From Eledone cirrhosa (Eukaryota), in the NCBI GenBank assembly GCA_964016885.1, contig OZ024740.1, positions 297,290,001-297,354,000 of the forward strand: a stretch of DNA of 64,000 nt, read 5' to 3'. The position numbers and the translations under genes are program-made. Below the pieces are notes generated by a model. The model worked only from the letters and a program-made list of their open reading frames with translations. It was not told where the DNA came from and made no database searches. Shown here in pieces: positions 29,530 to 43,168 of this stretch. The stretch's first letter is position 1; each line of letters begins with the position of its first letter.

Positions 29530-29733
29530 TAGATAGATAGAGATAGAGAGAGAGAGAGTGAGAGAGAGAGATATGCACTAGACCAGCCGTGACCCGCTGG
29601 GTCACGTTTACGTAAAAATAATTTTTAAATAATTAAAATATACACATACATGTATATAATATAAAATGAAAATGGATGGCCCATATACATATGTGTGTAT
29701 GTGTGTATACATATATTTATATATATGTATATA

Positions 29734-29809
<76 letters not shown>

Positions 29810-30588
29810 GGTGTCTGTGACCTCACCCTACTTACCACCACAAGGCGCGCTGAGCTGGCTAGCCGCAGGTGTGAGCCTCGCGAGATGGAATGGCTCTTCC
29901 AGCGCATCTCCCATACCATCTTCTGGGGGGGGGGGGCGCCTTCTCCATTATGTCCGCCGGTGCCGTGGGGCGGCCAGCTCGTGGGACCCCATTTGCTGAT
30001 AATAGCGGGAGATGGGGAAGGCGAGAGAGATGGGGGCGATGTCAGTGGGAGTTCGGCTCTCCTGAGTTCGGACCTAGTGTGCAGCCTCAGTTTTCCGTAA
30101 GGATGTAGTGATTCATAATTACTTATAACTAGCTGACTCATTAATGCATATTGCAGGATTATAATGACAGTTTGTTCATCTGGTCACATACACCACTTTC
30201 CCTGTATCTATAGTGAGATATCATATTACTGCTATTTACGCATCTGCACTTGTCACAGATACATACTCATATACACACACACTTACTATTTACACAATCC
30301 TATCCTAAGGAATTCGGAACTTGCAACTTTATTGCATAGTGTTACTTTGGAAGAACATACAAACATTCCTGAGTACCTCTGCTATCTACAGTAGTATAAG
30401 TGAGATCTTTTTATGGTAACAAGCTCGACCTGTTAGAAATAGCAGCCAGATTTCTTTCAAACTCCAGTCTACTGTCTCATGTATGTATGTATGAAGCAAA
30501 AAGGAAAGGTTGTATGTGACACCTCGATCTACTAGAAATATTAGCAAAATCCATTTCAAATCACAGTGAACAGTCTTACACACAAACA

Positions 30589-30774
<186 letters not shown>

Positions 30775-31715
30775 TGCATGTAAGTGTATGTATGTATGTC
30801 ATGGAAACCATTATAACTGTTGAAATAGAAAAACTCTCCCTCATCAAGATCCTACCGCCATAGAGTTGGTGAAAGTTACAGTGTAAACATTTTAATTAAC
30901 CCACGATCTGCCGCACTTTGGGCCAAGGAGGGTAAACTCTCTAAATATCGGTCGCTCTCCGACAGGTTTGTTGTTGAGCCCATAGCAATGGAGACTTCTG
31001 GTGTCCTTGGCTCTAGGGTTACCTCCCAACACACCACCATCGGCACACTGCCCATCAGTTGTCTACCCGCAGGGGTGAGCCTCGCAAGCCGGAATGGATT
31101 TTCCAGCGCATCGCCCTCACCATCCTCTATTCCGAACGCAGGGGCTGCTGGCCGGCCAGTACGTGCCCCCCCCCCCCCCACATTTTCTCATAATAGTGAG
31201 TGATGGGGAGATCGGGAGAGATGGAGGCAGTGACAGTGGGAGTTTGGTTCCTGGTGTATATGTATATATTTACCACACTTACACACATTTAAATAAACTT
31301 TCCTGAATTATAGAAATGAGTAAGTAGATTCTTCATTAATTCATAAACAAATGGTTAATTTATTTTTTAATTTTATTTAATTTATGCTTTTTAAAATAGC
31401 CTTCACATTTTGTTTGAATTTCAGAGGTTCTGATTGTGCAAATGCCCTTTTCACTGACAACATGATTCTTCCAAGTGCGAAGCATTATATATGCTGACTG
31501 TAATAGAGAGCAGTATTTAAAAAATCACCACTGGACAAAACTATTAATATTTTTATCTACATGATTTGCTTTAAACAAACGGCAATAAATATTCTGCTAT
31601 AATTCCTACTTTAGTTAAAATTCAGCAATCATATTTCAATGGTCAAATGTTGTAACTTTAATAAAATACCCGGGAATCACCGCTTAGCTCAGCTCGTATA
31701 TGTATATATATATAC

Positions 31716-31775
<60 letters not shown>

Positions 31776-31777
<2 letters not shown>

Positions 31778-32178
31778 CGTTTCTGAATTTGTTTAGCAAG
31801 ATTCTTTATCTGAAATCGTGTGTTGAAACCGATATTGTTATACTTTGGGAGGGTCATGTTGCCAATAAGAAACACACGCACCAGTTGCTTTCACTTCAAT
31901 TTATTATATATTTATAAATTTATAAATTTACAAATCTACAAACTTATAAATTTCTGGTTGGTTGGTTGGTTCCACAACCAGATAGTTGTTTATATATAAA
32001 CAATAGTTGTTTATATATAAACAACTATCTGGTTGTGGAACCAACCAACCAACCAGAAATTTATAAGTTTGTAGATTTGTAAATTTATAAATTTATAAAT
32101 ATATAATAAATTGAAGTGAAAGCAACTGGTGCGTGTGTTTCTTATTGGCAACATGACCCTCCCAAAGTATAACAATAT
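31776..32178. repeat. TA-flanked fold-back cassette (~170 bp arms)
   Basis: 31832-32000 is the reverse complement of 32002-32178. Confidence 0.9.
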
Positions 32179-32618
32179 ATATATATATATATATTGTTAT
32201 GTAGTTATTGTTACAGTTATAGTTATAGTAAGGGACTAACCGAACAAAGATGTGCAGAACACATAATGGTCTGTCGGTTGTGATGTAACAAAAGGAAAGC
32301 GCTCAACGACATGTATAAAAGAGCAAGCCGAGCATTATATATCAAATATATCAATAAAAATCCGAGGCCATATTCATTTGGTTTTGGTTTATTAAAATCC
32401 GTAATTTACAATTCGCTGAGGACTATCAGTTATGACAGCCTGAGCCTCTCAAAATGTAAACTTAAAAACGATGAAATATTAGTAAAAAAAACTTGATACA
32501 GGGACCGACAGTTGAGGAAATAACATCACACACCCGGTCAGCTCCCAGGATCAGGAAAAGTAAACCTTTTCCAAATTTAAAGTATTTTTTTATAATATTT
32601 CATTGTGTTTTAGGTTTA

Positions 32619-32676
32619 CCGTTTGAAGAGCTCAGGTTGTCATAACTGATAGTCCTCAGCGAAATGTGTATTACGG
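32619..32676 (+). ncRNA. Hammerhead ribozyme, C3U variant, with inverted partial copy at 32364-32448
   Basis: CCGU-UUGAAGA-GCU.AGG...CCU.AGC-GAAA-U gugu A-UU-ACGG. Confidence 0.6.
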
Positions 32677-32710
32677 ATTTTAATAAACTAAAACCAAATC
32701 AATATGGCCT

Positions 32711-32784
<74 letters not shown>

Positions 32785-32995
32785 TTAAAACAATGAAATA
32801 AAAATTCAAGTCATTAGAAATATACTTCACTGCTTTACGATCGTTTCTAGGTGATGATAATACATCGTAACCAAACTTCGTTATCGATCTATGTAAGGTT
32901 AGTTACAAAATATCAGATAAGGAAAATATTTACTTACATGCATATCACCAGCTGTTGTCAAAAGCAATGTGTATATATATATATATATATATATA

Positions 32996-33212
32996 TTTCG
33001 TTTCTGAATTTGTTTAGCAAGATTCTTTATCTGAAAACGTGTGTTGAAACCGATATTGTTATACTTTGGAGGGGTGGGGTGGGGGGTGGGGGTCATGTTG
33101 CCAATAAGAAACACACGCACCAGTTGCTTTCACTTCAATTTATTATAATAAATTGAAGTGAAAGCAACTGGTGCGTGTGTTTCTTATTGGCAACATGACC
33201 CTCCCAAAGTCT

Positions 33213-33220
<8 letters not shown>
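32996..33220. repeat. TA-flanked fold-back cassette, same family as 31776-32178
   Basis: Perfect palindrome centred at ~33145. Confidence 0.9.
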
Positions 33221-33263
<43 letters not shown>

Positions 33264-33893
33264 TAAACCCTACTGTATAACTTATACGTGTTATTCTCCA
33301 CTCCCTCCTTCATTATTAATACTCCAGGAACCGCTTACCCAGGAGCTGTCTAGAATCGGCAACCCGAATATCACAACTAAGTAAACATCTTGTCGAGTCA
33401 AACAACCCCGGACGTTAGAATCATCCCCGGTCAGATTACTCAGAACCTCTACTTGGATTACCTTAAACGATACCTCGTTTATTTATATATATATATGTAT
33501 ATATGTGTGTGTGCGTGTGTGTGTGTGTGTGTATGTGTGTACGAGTCTGTGTTTGTGTGTGTGTGTATGAATGTGTGTTGACACGATGAAATCGCGCCCA
33601 TTACATTCTGTAGATTGGCAGTGTTGGTGCCACCATAAAATGCACCTAACTCACCCTGTAAAGTTGTTAGCATTAGAAAAGTCATTCAGCCGTTAAAAAC
33701 CACGCCAAAGTAGAATCGTGAGCATGACATGGTCATCTAACATGTTACGCCCTCAAAATATAACAGTCTAATTCATACTAGCATCGGAAATCTAAGCAAA
33801 AAATACTTATTATACACACACACACACAAACAAATCGATAGACTCACTATCAAAGTAAAAACATATATATCACAGAGTTGCCAGTGCGTTTGA

Positions 33894-33946
33894 GAATATC
33901 ACACAGCGCTGTTTCAAGATTTGTTAAAGTTTCATCAGTGATATTC
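33894..33946 (-). ncRNA. Hammerhead ribozyme motif with GUG at the cleavage site
   Basis: GAAUAUCA-CUGAUGA-(weak stem II)-GAAAC-AGCGCU-GUG-UGAUAUUC. Perfect 8-bp stem I. Confidence 0.65.
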
Positions 33947-34099
33947 GCTCAATTCGTACTGGCATTGAAATAAACGAAAATCTTTATAGAATTTTGTGTG
34001 ATGAACATTGTCATTTGCATATGGTGCGAACTTGGCTGGTTATATTTAATTGGCAGTTACACTAAGACAGCGTTTAAGCATGTTGTTTCTTTTTTTCCG

Positions 34100-35000
34100 T
34101 TACCTTGTTCTTGTAAAATCGAGATAGAAGCGTGAATCAGTGGGTTTGTAGAATGTGGAGGGCGAGAAGATCCAGTGAAGGTGGCTTATAGAGAGATATC
34201 CAGAAATTGGATAGAAGAATCGGAAAAAGAGAAAGTGAAATTATGAGCGGGATAGAAGGATCGGACAAAGGAAAGGAAAGATTTGAGTTGTTTATGCGGG
34301 TGAGCGGTGGCGCCGATACAATGGTCAATACAGTGCATGTACAGTTCTTGGGTGGGTCCAGTGTATTGGGAGATATTTTGGGCTTCAACATAGCCAAAGA
34401 AACAAATTGGATTATTTGGAGCTCATTCTGATTCCCATTGCCACCCAAGTAACTGGCCGGTATAAATCTCAGGGAACGGAAAAAGAGTTCAGTGTGAAAA
34501 CGAGCTCAGCAAGACAGAAGAGAATACATGTGTTAGACTTCAGTGTGGGGTGTAGATCTATAAGGTGTTGGAGAGCGCGGATACCATCATCGTGAAAGAT
34601 AACAGTATAAGAAGTGATATCAAGGTGAGGAGAAAGCAAAATGTGTCATTAAGGGAAACATAATTGAAAAGACAAAAGGTATGATTTATATCATAAATGT
34701 AGGAAGGGAGGTCAGATATATTGAAATGAACTCAGGTGGAGACGATGGGACGTCTGGGCTTTTAGGGTTTATGTTTCTTGGGCTGGAAGTAGAGATGGGG
34801 GTGCAAGGGTTGCGGGCAATAAGGTTGTTGGTGGTGGAGAGAGAAGAAAGAAGAGAGAAAGAGGTGAGTAGGCAGATGATTGGATGGTTGAGCATGCGAG
34901 CTATTGGTTGAGCGTAGGAGATTTTCGAAATTGAAGAGGTTCAATGCATGATAGAAGGTATCCTCGAAGGAGACGACTCCGCTGAACTGTATAAAAATTG
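34100..35000 (-). mobile_element. Decayed PLE RT fragment
   Basis: GIRALQHL...LAELVFTLNSFS...VAMGIRM...GYVEAQ..SQYTGP.QELYMHCIDHCIG. Related fragment at 40830-41060. Confidence 0.7.
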
Positions 35001-35675
35001 CAGGTATGTGTGTCACTGTCTCTGTATGTGTGTGAGGGAGGGAGTATGTTTATGTGTGTGTTTTACATTCATCGGTGGGAAAAATGTTATGTCCTATTTC
35101 ATTCCAGAAATTTAAAGAATCGACTAACAAGTAACAGCTGGAAATAATTAATCTGTTTAATGTGATGGACCAATGCATTTACAAACAGGCTGTTCTTCAG
35201 CATATTTAAAATCCAGTGACCTAAAACAACGAACACTTAAAGCAACACTACACAGTATTATAAACATTAGGGCATGATCATGGCGTCAAAGGATTTAATA
35301 AGAAATAAGAACAATACATTTTCTTTTTCTTTCAATGGACCTCCGTCTGTTTCGATGATAGTGTGCCAGTTGTTCGATTAACATGCTCATAAAATTAATG
35401 TATAAGAAGGTGAGCATTACATAGAAATATATACCCTAAAGGCACTTCTCAGGAATATTCAGCGTGACAAAATACGTGACAAAGCTGGCTTTAAATTACA
35501 GGTACAATCCATCCGACGGTCCTCCAAACAACTTTCGTCTACTTGATTTCATTATGAAGACTTGTGTTGACCTGCGGCTATGTTAAATGACACTTGGCAA
35601 TATGAGATGGAATGGGATCGGGCCTGGAACCTAATGATTGCGAAACGAACTCCTTAACCATTCGACCATTCATTA

Positions 35676-36000
35676 GCACAAGGCCAGCATTTATTCCAGT
35701 GTATTACTGGTACTTCATTTTATCCCTACGGGGTCGATGAAATAAAGTACCAGTAATACACTGGGATAATTGCTGGCCTTGTGCCAAAAGTAGAAACAAT
35801 TATTATACTGAAAGGGCGGTGGATTGACAGTATCGGTAGAGGGTCTGACGCCATTCTTTGCAGCAAAGAGTTACGGCATTTTATGGTTCAAATCCCGCCG
35901 AGGTTAACTTTGCCTTTCATCCTTACGGGGTCGATAAAATAAAGTACCAGTAATACACTGGGATAATGGCTGACCTTCTGTCAAATGTAGAAACAATTAT
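35676..36000 (+). mobile_element. SINE family A: palindromic 3' fragment followed by a full copy
   Basis: Hairpin at 35676-35784 and full copy at 35813-36000. Confidence 0.85.
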
Positions 36001-36549
36001 TATACTATCTTATTGAATTACTATATTACCACAGTCTATATGGTCACGTCAGTGGAACTAACACCATCCCTGCAACCCATATGTTTAACAAGACAACACC
36101 ATCACACACATACAGCCATTTGAACAACACAAACAACACAATTACAGTCCCATGTTTCATTACAACAATTACCAAACACTCATACATTTACATGATTACT
36201 TTCAGGAGGGATAATAGAAATCACACTCGTTCAATCATAAGACGAAGACACCAGTATTTTACCACAATACCACTACACAAAACAACACTAAAGGGTACAT
36301 CAGTTTGCAACGTCACCATACCGTCCTCAATAAGTAGTCACTCTGTTTGCAAGAAATAGCAGCTAAAGCCCCGACATTCCTTGCAATCATATCCTACAAG
36401 TTTAAATAAAAGGAAAAAGAGAGAGCAGATAATGTAACACAAGATATGCTGTTATCTGAAATACAAAAAGATGGGCTGGTCACGGTCAGAATGCATTTTA
36501 AGGGAACTCGTTGCTAAATATCCATCACCACCACCACAACAACAATAAT

Positions 36550-36765
36550 AACGGTTTCTGATTTAGGCACAAGGCCAACAATTTTGGTGAGGGATAAAGG
36601 CCGATTAAATCGACCCTAGTATGTTACTTATGCTCTATTTTATCGACCCCGTAAGGATGAAAAGCAAAGCTAGCGTCGGTGGGATTTGAACTCAGAACGT
36701 AAAAGAACGTAAAGAGACGTAGCATGGTGTCTGACGCTCTACCGATTCTGCCAATCCACCACCCA
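36550..36765 (-). mobile_element. SINE family A (further copies at 13910-14015, 37303-37410, 47920-48110, 58877-58945)
   Basis: Family core and tRNA-like head. Confidence 0.8.
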
Positions 36766-37670
36766 ACAGCAAAAATGATAACCATAACATCTATATGATC
36801 ATTCCGCAAGCCACAACTAATCTAGCATGTTCACAGTACCATCATGCCAACATCCCACATCAACAATACTACACGGCTGTGCAACACACACAAGTGATTT
36901 TATTGTTCAATATTTCATATTAGCCAGTATTTAATCTCCGCTATGTTATGACAGCTGGCTAAAATAAACCCTATACTTTGTGTTTCACATACATGATAAC
37001 TTTCTTTGGCAACAACAATCTCCACTATTACATCACTATACAACCATTCATATCTATCTATCGAACACATAATATATGTGTGTGTCTGTTAGAGTCTATG
37101 TAATCTGTTTCATACTATGTATCTAACCATGAATCCATCTGTTTCTTACTATCCCACCCCCCTCTTTTACAGGTTTCAGATATTAGACTATGGCCATGCT
37201 GGTTTAGATAAGACTGACACCAATTTTTTCAAGTATGTCACATATTTAAGGAATTACTTTTTTGTCGAACCATTGATGTAGTATGTGATACAACTCGCAA
37301 ACATCCTGCCGAGGTTAACTTTGCCTTTCATCCTTACGGGGTCGATAAAATAAAGTACCATTAATGTACTGGGTATTTGCTGCCCTTGTTTCAAAAGTAG
37401 AAACAATTATTGGAATTAGTTGTGTAGCCTCCCAAAAATCCTCGCTTAGTTGCAATGTCTGTCCAGCTCTAAGATTGATATCTTTATTCCCTAGGGAAGT
37501 ATCTCGAAAGGACAGTAACTGAGTTTAAGTAATATATGAAAATAAATTATTTACTGGATAACTGGTGGATTTGGTTTTAGATCGGTTCGTGAACTTTGCA
37601 TATATATATATATAAAATAATTAGGTCAAATATGTAAAATTTGGCTTCCTTTATTATAAATTATAGATAT

Positions 37671-37725
37671 ACTGCTACATATATTTCGGTGACAGCCATC
37701 ATTGACTGTGACCTCTTCAGGCAGT
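37671..37725 (-). ncRNA. Type-I hammerhead ribozyme
   Basis: ACUGC-CUGAAGA-GGU.ACAGUCA..UGGCUGU.ACC-GAAA-U auau G-UA-GCAGU. Confidence 0.82.
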
Positions 37726-38309
37726 CCGAATTGGTGTGGGAAAGACACATGGTGTTGAAATGTGTTTTACTCCGTCAATACATCGATATGTCCAGCTCCT
37801 GGTTGTGTTGTTATTCTTCTGAAGAACTGGAATCATATCAGACGAGAATATATATATATATGGTTCAGGCGCTGGCTTGACTTCTCTTTCTCTCCCGGTT
37901 TCTTACGTAGATGTGCTTCTCCTAGTGTTCGTCACCCTCCTTCATCGATATGTTCTCTGCGTTCTTTTTTCTTTTTTCCCTTCTCTTTAATTTAATTTTT
38001 CTCCTCCTTTTTTCCTTCCCCAATAACTTTCAAAGGTTATTGATGCACTGGAGATATATTTTCTTTAATGGGTTGAAATGGAGACCGTCAGCAGACAAAT
38101 GATGAAAATGTTCTCCTTTCATTCTTGCTTTCCTCTTATTTATAAGTACACCTTATCCAGCAACTATACAGCCCCTGTCCCTTCTTATATATATATATAT
38201 ATATGGAGAGAGAGAGAGGTAGAACACTGGAAGTTAATATCCGTAGTGGTAGAGCACTCAGTCCATGGAACGAGTTAGGTAGAAGTGGTAACACAACAGT
38301 TAGTTCACC

Positions 38310-38350
38310 ATACCGGGAACAATTGTTTCACCTTAGCGGATCCTCAGCTC

Positions 38351-38354
<4 letters not shown>
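38310..38354 (-). ncRNA. Minimal hammerhead ribozyme, same family as 29336
   Basis: CGAG-CUGAGGA-U CC gcuaa GG U-GAAAC aauu GUU-CCCG. One stem I mismatch. Confidence 0.7.
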
Positions 38355-38410
<56 letters not shown>

Positions 38411-38414
<4 letters not shown>

Positions 38415-39198
38415 CACCTTGTGCGTGAGACGTCCAAAGTGGCGTGAGTGGATCGGCTAGAAATAATAGCCTAAATTCACCCAACTTATAAGCTCACCAA
38501 GTTAGAAATTCAAATAAACTCTTATTAATACCCTGTAATTAACAAGCTCACACACACATACACACACACACATATATATATATATATATCTTGTTGGAAA
38601 TAACACGTGACAACGAAATGTTTGAAAGTTGCCTTCTGTAACGGTCGCATTTAGTTTGTTCACACCAGTTTGAGGCAGAGCGGAATCCCTGTTGATGAAA
38701 TGAATCCTCTGTTCAATCATGGAATACTACAAGCTTGCGTGTTACGTAAGTTGGATAAATGATTTCGGATTCATAGGAACACTTCGGACATCGTCCGATT
38801 TGTCCAGGTCTGTTTATTAACCTGTTAGTTCTTTCGTTACTTTGGTATTGTGTGTTTGGGTTTTGCCAACCGCGAGGTTCAATTTGTCAAGATATTTAAA
38901 CGTATGTTATTACTCTAAGGACCTACCCTTATTGAGTGCTTTGCTAACTCATTCCTATTGTAGGTCGACTTTGCTTGGCCACAGCCAAAGCTTCGATTTT
39001 ACTAAGCTCCCACTTGTATATATATATATATATATATGAGCTTGTTAATTACAGGGTATTAATATGAGTTTTTAACCCTGCTTTTTATTTGAATTTCGGC
39101 TCCATAACTTGGTGAGCTTATAAGTTGTGTAAATTTAGGCTATTATTTCTACCCGATCCACTCACGCCACTTTGGACGACTCACGCACGTGGTGAAAT
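38411..39198. repeat. Inverted pair 38411-38550 and 39037-39198
   Basis: Reverse-complement similarity, e.g. GTCCAAAGTGGCGTGAGTGGATCGG. Confidence 0.85.
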
Positions 39199-39246
39199 AT
39201 TCACTCGTGTAGCATTTAGTCTTAGGTGTTTGTCACATTTGATCCT

Positions 39247-39334
39247 ATCTCTCGCTGATGATGCGTACGGATTATCTGTTACAAACACATTTCTCAGGGC
39301 GAAACAGATTAAATCTCTAATCTGTCCGGGAGAT
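39247..39334 (+). ncRNA. Type-I hammerhead ribozyme with long stem III
   Basis: AUCUCUCG-CUGAUGA-(39 nt, weak stem II)-GAAAC-AGAUUA..UAAUCU-GUC-CGGGAGAU. Confidence 0.72.
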
Positions 39335-39467
39335 CAATAGTTATTGAAACGGTCAGTACATTTTACTCTTTATCCTGTATTTTCTATTTGCTTCAGGTTA
39401 AATCTGTCAAACCAACGTCGTATCTCTACCCTCGTAATTTTAAACACACAATTTACTGCGTTTATTA

Positions 39468-39620
<153 letters not shown>

Positions 39621-40060
39621 AGTGTATATATATATGCCCATTCAGAACGGAAGGAAACATAGAAACATCACAGATGATGTGCGACGAAAGAACAACGAGA
39701 AACTATATTCATATCTATATTTTCTTAATGATAAACATTGATTGCCAGCTGAATTATTTATAGAAATATAAAAATATACTGAAGCCTAAACCAAACCAAA
39801 CAGTCAGTGTGTTTTACTATATTTTCTGGTAATATTAGAGCAATATGATCCTCCCCAAATATAACCATATCTATTTAAACACACGATTTCATATCAAAAA
39901 CCTTGCAAAAGAAATGCATCTCTATCATTTATTTCTTGACATCAATGAAGTATATTTGACAGATTTTGTTTGTTTATAAACGGCTAAAGATGCCGCTTCC
40001 ACCTGTTTTAGTTTCAACACACCATCACAAATCATGTCACGTGTCAGATAATTGCTTCTC

Positions 40061-40136
<76 letters not shown>

Positions 40137-40368
40137 TATATATATGTATATGTATATATCGAATGTAGAAAACAAATAGTAGAAAGGAAAAATATTCTTT
40201 CAGTAGAAAATGTTGAAGCGATTTTTTTCAGTGAGATATCAAAACATTAATTTATTTACCGGTTTCAGCATTATATGCATTGTCAATTGCGGATATGCAG
40301 AATATTGTTAAGTTACAAATAGTGATAATAATAATGAAGAAAATGAAAATAAAAAGGGGAAGAAAAAT

Positions 40369-40488
40369 TAATTTTCAAATACATGTTCATTCAGAGAAGA
40401 GAGTTCATTTCTCTGTCCATACTACAAGCTATAAGCAGAGTAGGATGGACAGAGAAATGAACTCTCTTCTCTGAATGAACATGTATGT
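40369..40488. repeat. Hairpin with ~50 bp arms
   Basis: ATACATGTTCATTCAGAGAAGAGAGTTCATTTCTCTGTCCAT and its exact reverse complement. Confidence 0.9.
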
Positions 40489-41132
40489 GAAAATTAATAA
40501 GCGGGGGGGGGGGGGGGCTTATTTGAGACCCGAGAGTATCTGTGAAGGAAACAGAGGAACAAATATAGATACCTATCAACTACTACATTTAAAAACCCCT
40601 AGCGAAAATTATACGGACTATAAACTATTTTGAAAACCAAAGTATTTCAACCGTATCGATTATTGCTTCAGCCCGTAAAAATCTGCACAAAACTAAAATC
40701 TAAAGTTTGTTTTTGAATAAAAAATATAGCTTTTCATCAATCATGGAATTTTATGTCACCAGCTGTAAATGTTATCATAACAACGTTTGGAATTTTGGTC
40801 TCCAATTTTTTTGAATGACATAACTCAAATGGATTATTTGGAGCTCCTTCTGGCTCCCACGAGTCCCTAAGTGACTGGTTGCTATAATTCACTGCGAAAG
40901 GAAAAACAGTTTAGTGTGAGAACGAACCCAATAAGACCGAGGAGAATAGATGTGCTAGGTTTGAGTTTGGAGCGTAGATCCAGAAGGTGTTGGGAAGCGA
41001 TAACATCATTGTGAAAGGTGGGGGTATAAGGTGAAGTGATATTCAAGGTAAAGAGAAAGCATGACGGGTCTTGAAAAATATCTCGCTCTAATCGATCGAC
41101 AATTTCCCAGACCTCATTCGATTGCCGAGTAG

Positions 41133-41177
<45 letters not shown>

Positions 41178-41211
41178 ATATACATATACATATGAAAATG
41201 TATGTATGCAG

Positions 41212-42041
41212 GTAAATTCTTTTGTTAACCTGTTTAGCTTGCTTCGTTTCTTTGGCCCCGGTGGCTGATAACTTCAAGACCGCCGTTTTCAGTTTGTATG
41301 GCCTCTATAACGTATGTTAATTGCTCTGATTTTCTTTTAGTCCATTGAGCGCTTGCTGCATATCTCGAAATTTCGCTTTGTTTTTTTACCACAGCCGAAA
41401 TACGATCTCGCTGAAATTATATTTGTATTAATCTCCCGGGCCTAGCAATTAATTAATTAATTCTATTAGACAATTCTATTGACTGATTAATTGCTTAAGT
41501 TTATTTTAAAAACAACCCGGTCGAGAGCTTAATTCGATTTGTGCAGTTTTTTACAATTCTTGCAATAATTTTACACATTTTGAATCCATCCGCCAAAAAA
41601 CCGGGGTTAGCTCCTTAGCAGGGTAAACACGTGGGGTAATCACTCCAACACTACTAATGCATTGGAACCCGCTCACCGGCTGAGAACAAAATACCTGTTG
41701 ACGAAATGGCAGCCTTGTTCGATCGTTATACAAAAAGCTTACAACCAAAGCAGGCAGTATAATTGATGTAGGTGTCACAGAAACCCCCACTGGATTATAC
41801 CATCAATTTCCAGGAGGTCCGAGTAAATTCTTTTGTTAACCTGTTTAGCTTGCTCCGTTTCTTTGGCTCCGGTGGCTGATAGCTTCATGACCACCGTTTT
41901 CAGTTTGTCTGGCCTCTATAACGTATGTTAATTGCTCTGGTCTTCTTTTAGTTCTTGAGCGCTTGCCGCATATCTCGAAAATTGCGTTTCGCTTTGTTTT
42001 TGACCACAGCCGAAATACGATCTCGCTGAAATTATATTTGT
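41212..42041. repeat. TA-flanked element with ~215 bp direct terminal repeats (41212-41427 and 41823-42041)
   Basis: GTAAATTCTTTTGTTAACC...CTGAAATTATATTTGT occurs twice. Confidence 0.85.
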
Positions 42042-42130
42042 GTGTATATATATATATATATATATAACTTTACGCCGGGTTCACAGTAAGTAAGGTACTC
42101 AATACATAGCAGAGTATAAATATTTAATAT

Positions 42131-42186
42131 ATGGCCTTCCTGATGATTTCTCCCGAATGAAACAGTTCTAGTCCTGTAGAATCTAT
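42131..42186 (+). ncRNA. Hammerhead ribozyme (mutated inverted sister at 42821-42872)
   Basis: UUC-CUGAUGA-U UUC uccc GAA U-GAAAC-AG..CU-GUA-GAA. The sister copy has stem I AGAUUC/GAAUCU. Confidence 0.68.
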
Positions 42187-42339
42187 TTCTATATAAAATA
42201 TTTATACTTGGCTATGTATTGAGTACCTTACTTTCTGTGGTTATATATCCAGGGAGTGTAACTTGGAGTTACTGTAGGTTGACCCGGGTGAGCACTCGAT
42301 GTTTAGGTTCACTTCAGTGTCGAGGCGTAGAGCTAGACA

Positions 42340-42722
42340 GAGTGGATTGGCAGTATCGGGAGAGGGTCGGACGCCATGCTTTCCAGCATAGTTACGTCCC
42401 TTTACGATCTGAGTTCAAATCCCACCGAGGTTGACTTTGCCTTTCATCCTTATGGGGTCGATAAAATAAAGTACCAGTAATGCACTGGGTAATTGCTGGC
42501 CTTGTGCCTAAAGTAGAAACAATTATATATATAAGGGCGGTGAATTGGCAGTATCGGTAGAGGGTCAGACGCCTTGCTTTGACGCATAGAGTTACGGCCC
42601 TTGCCATTCTGAGTTCAAATCCTGCCGAGGTTAACTTTGCCTTTCATCCTTACGGGTCGATAAAATAAAGTACCAGTAATGTACTGGGTATTTGCTGGCC
42701 TTGTGCCAATAGTAGAAACAAT

Positions 42723-42725
<3 letters not shown>
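42340..42725 (+). mobile_element. Two tandem SINE family A copies
   Basis: A box TGGCAGTATCGG, B box GAGTTCAAATCC, core and tail, each present twice. Confidence 0.88.
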
Positions 42726-42753
<28 letters not shown>

Positions 42754-42782
42754 ATATACACACACGCACACACTTATATATT

Positions 42783-42817
<35 letters not shown>

Positions 42818-42950
42818 GTGAGATTCTACAGGACTAGAACTGCTCCATTCTTTAGAAATTATCAGGAATCTATATTAAAATTTTTTACTCTGCTATGTAT
42901 TGAGTACCTTACTTACTGTGGTTACCTCCGATTCAACCCGGAATAACTTA

Positions 42951-43168
<218 letters not shown>

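Noticed and set aside
42533-42625. tRNA gene
   Set aside because: A and B boxes belong to SINE heads, and no cloverleaf forms.
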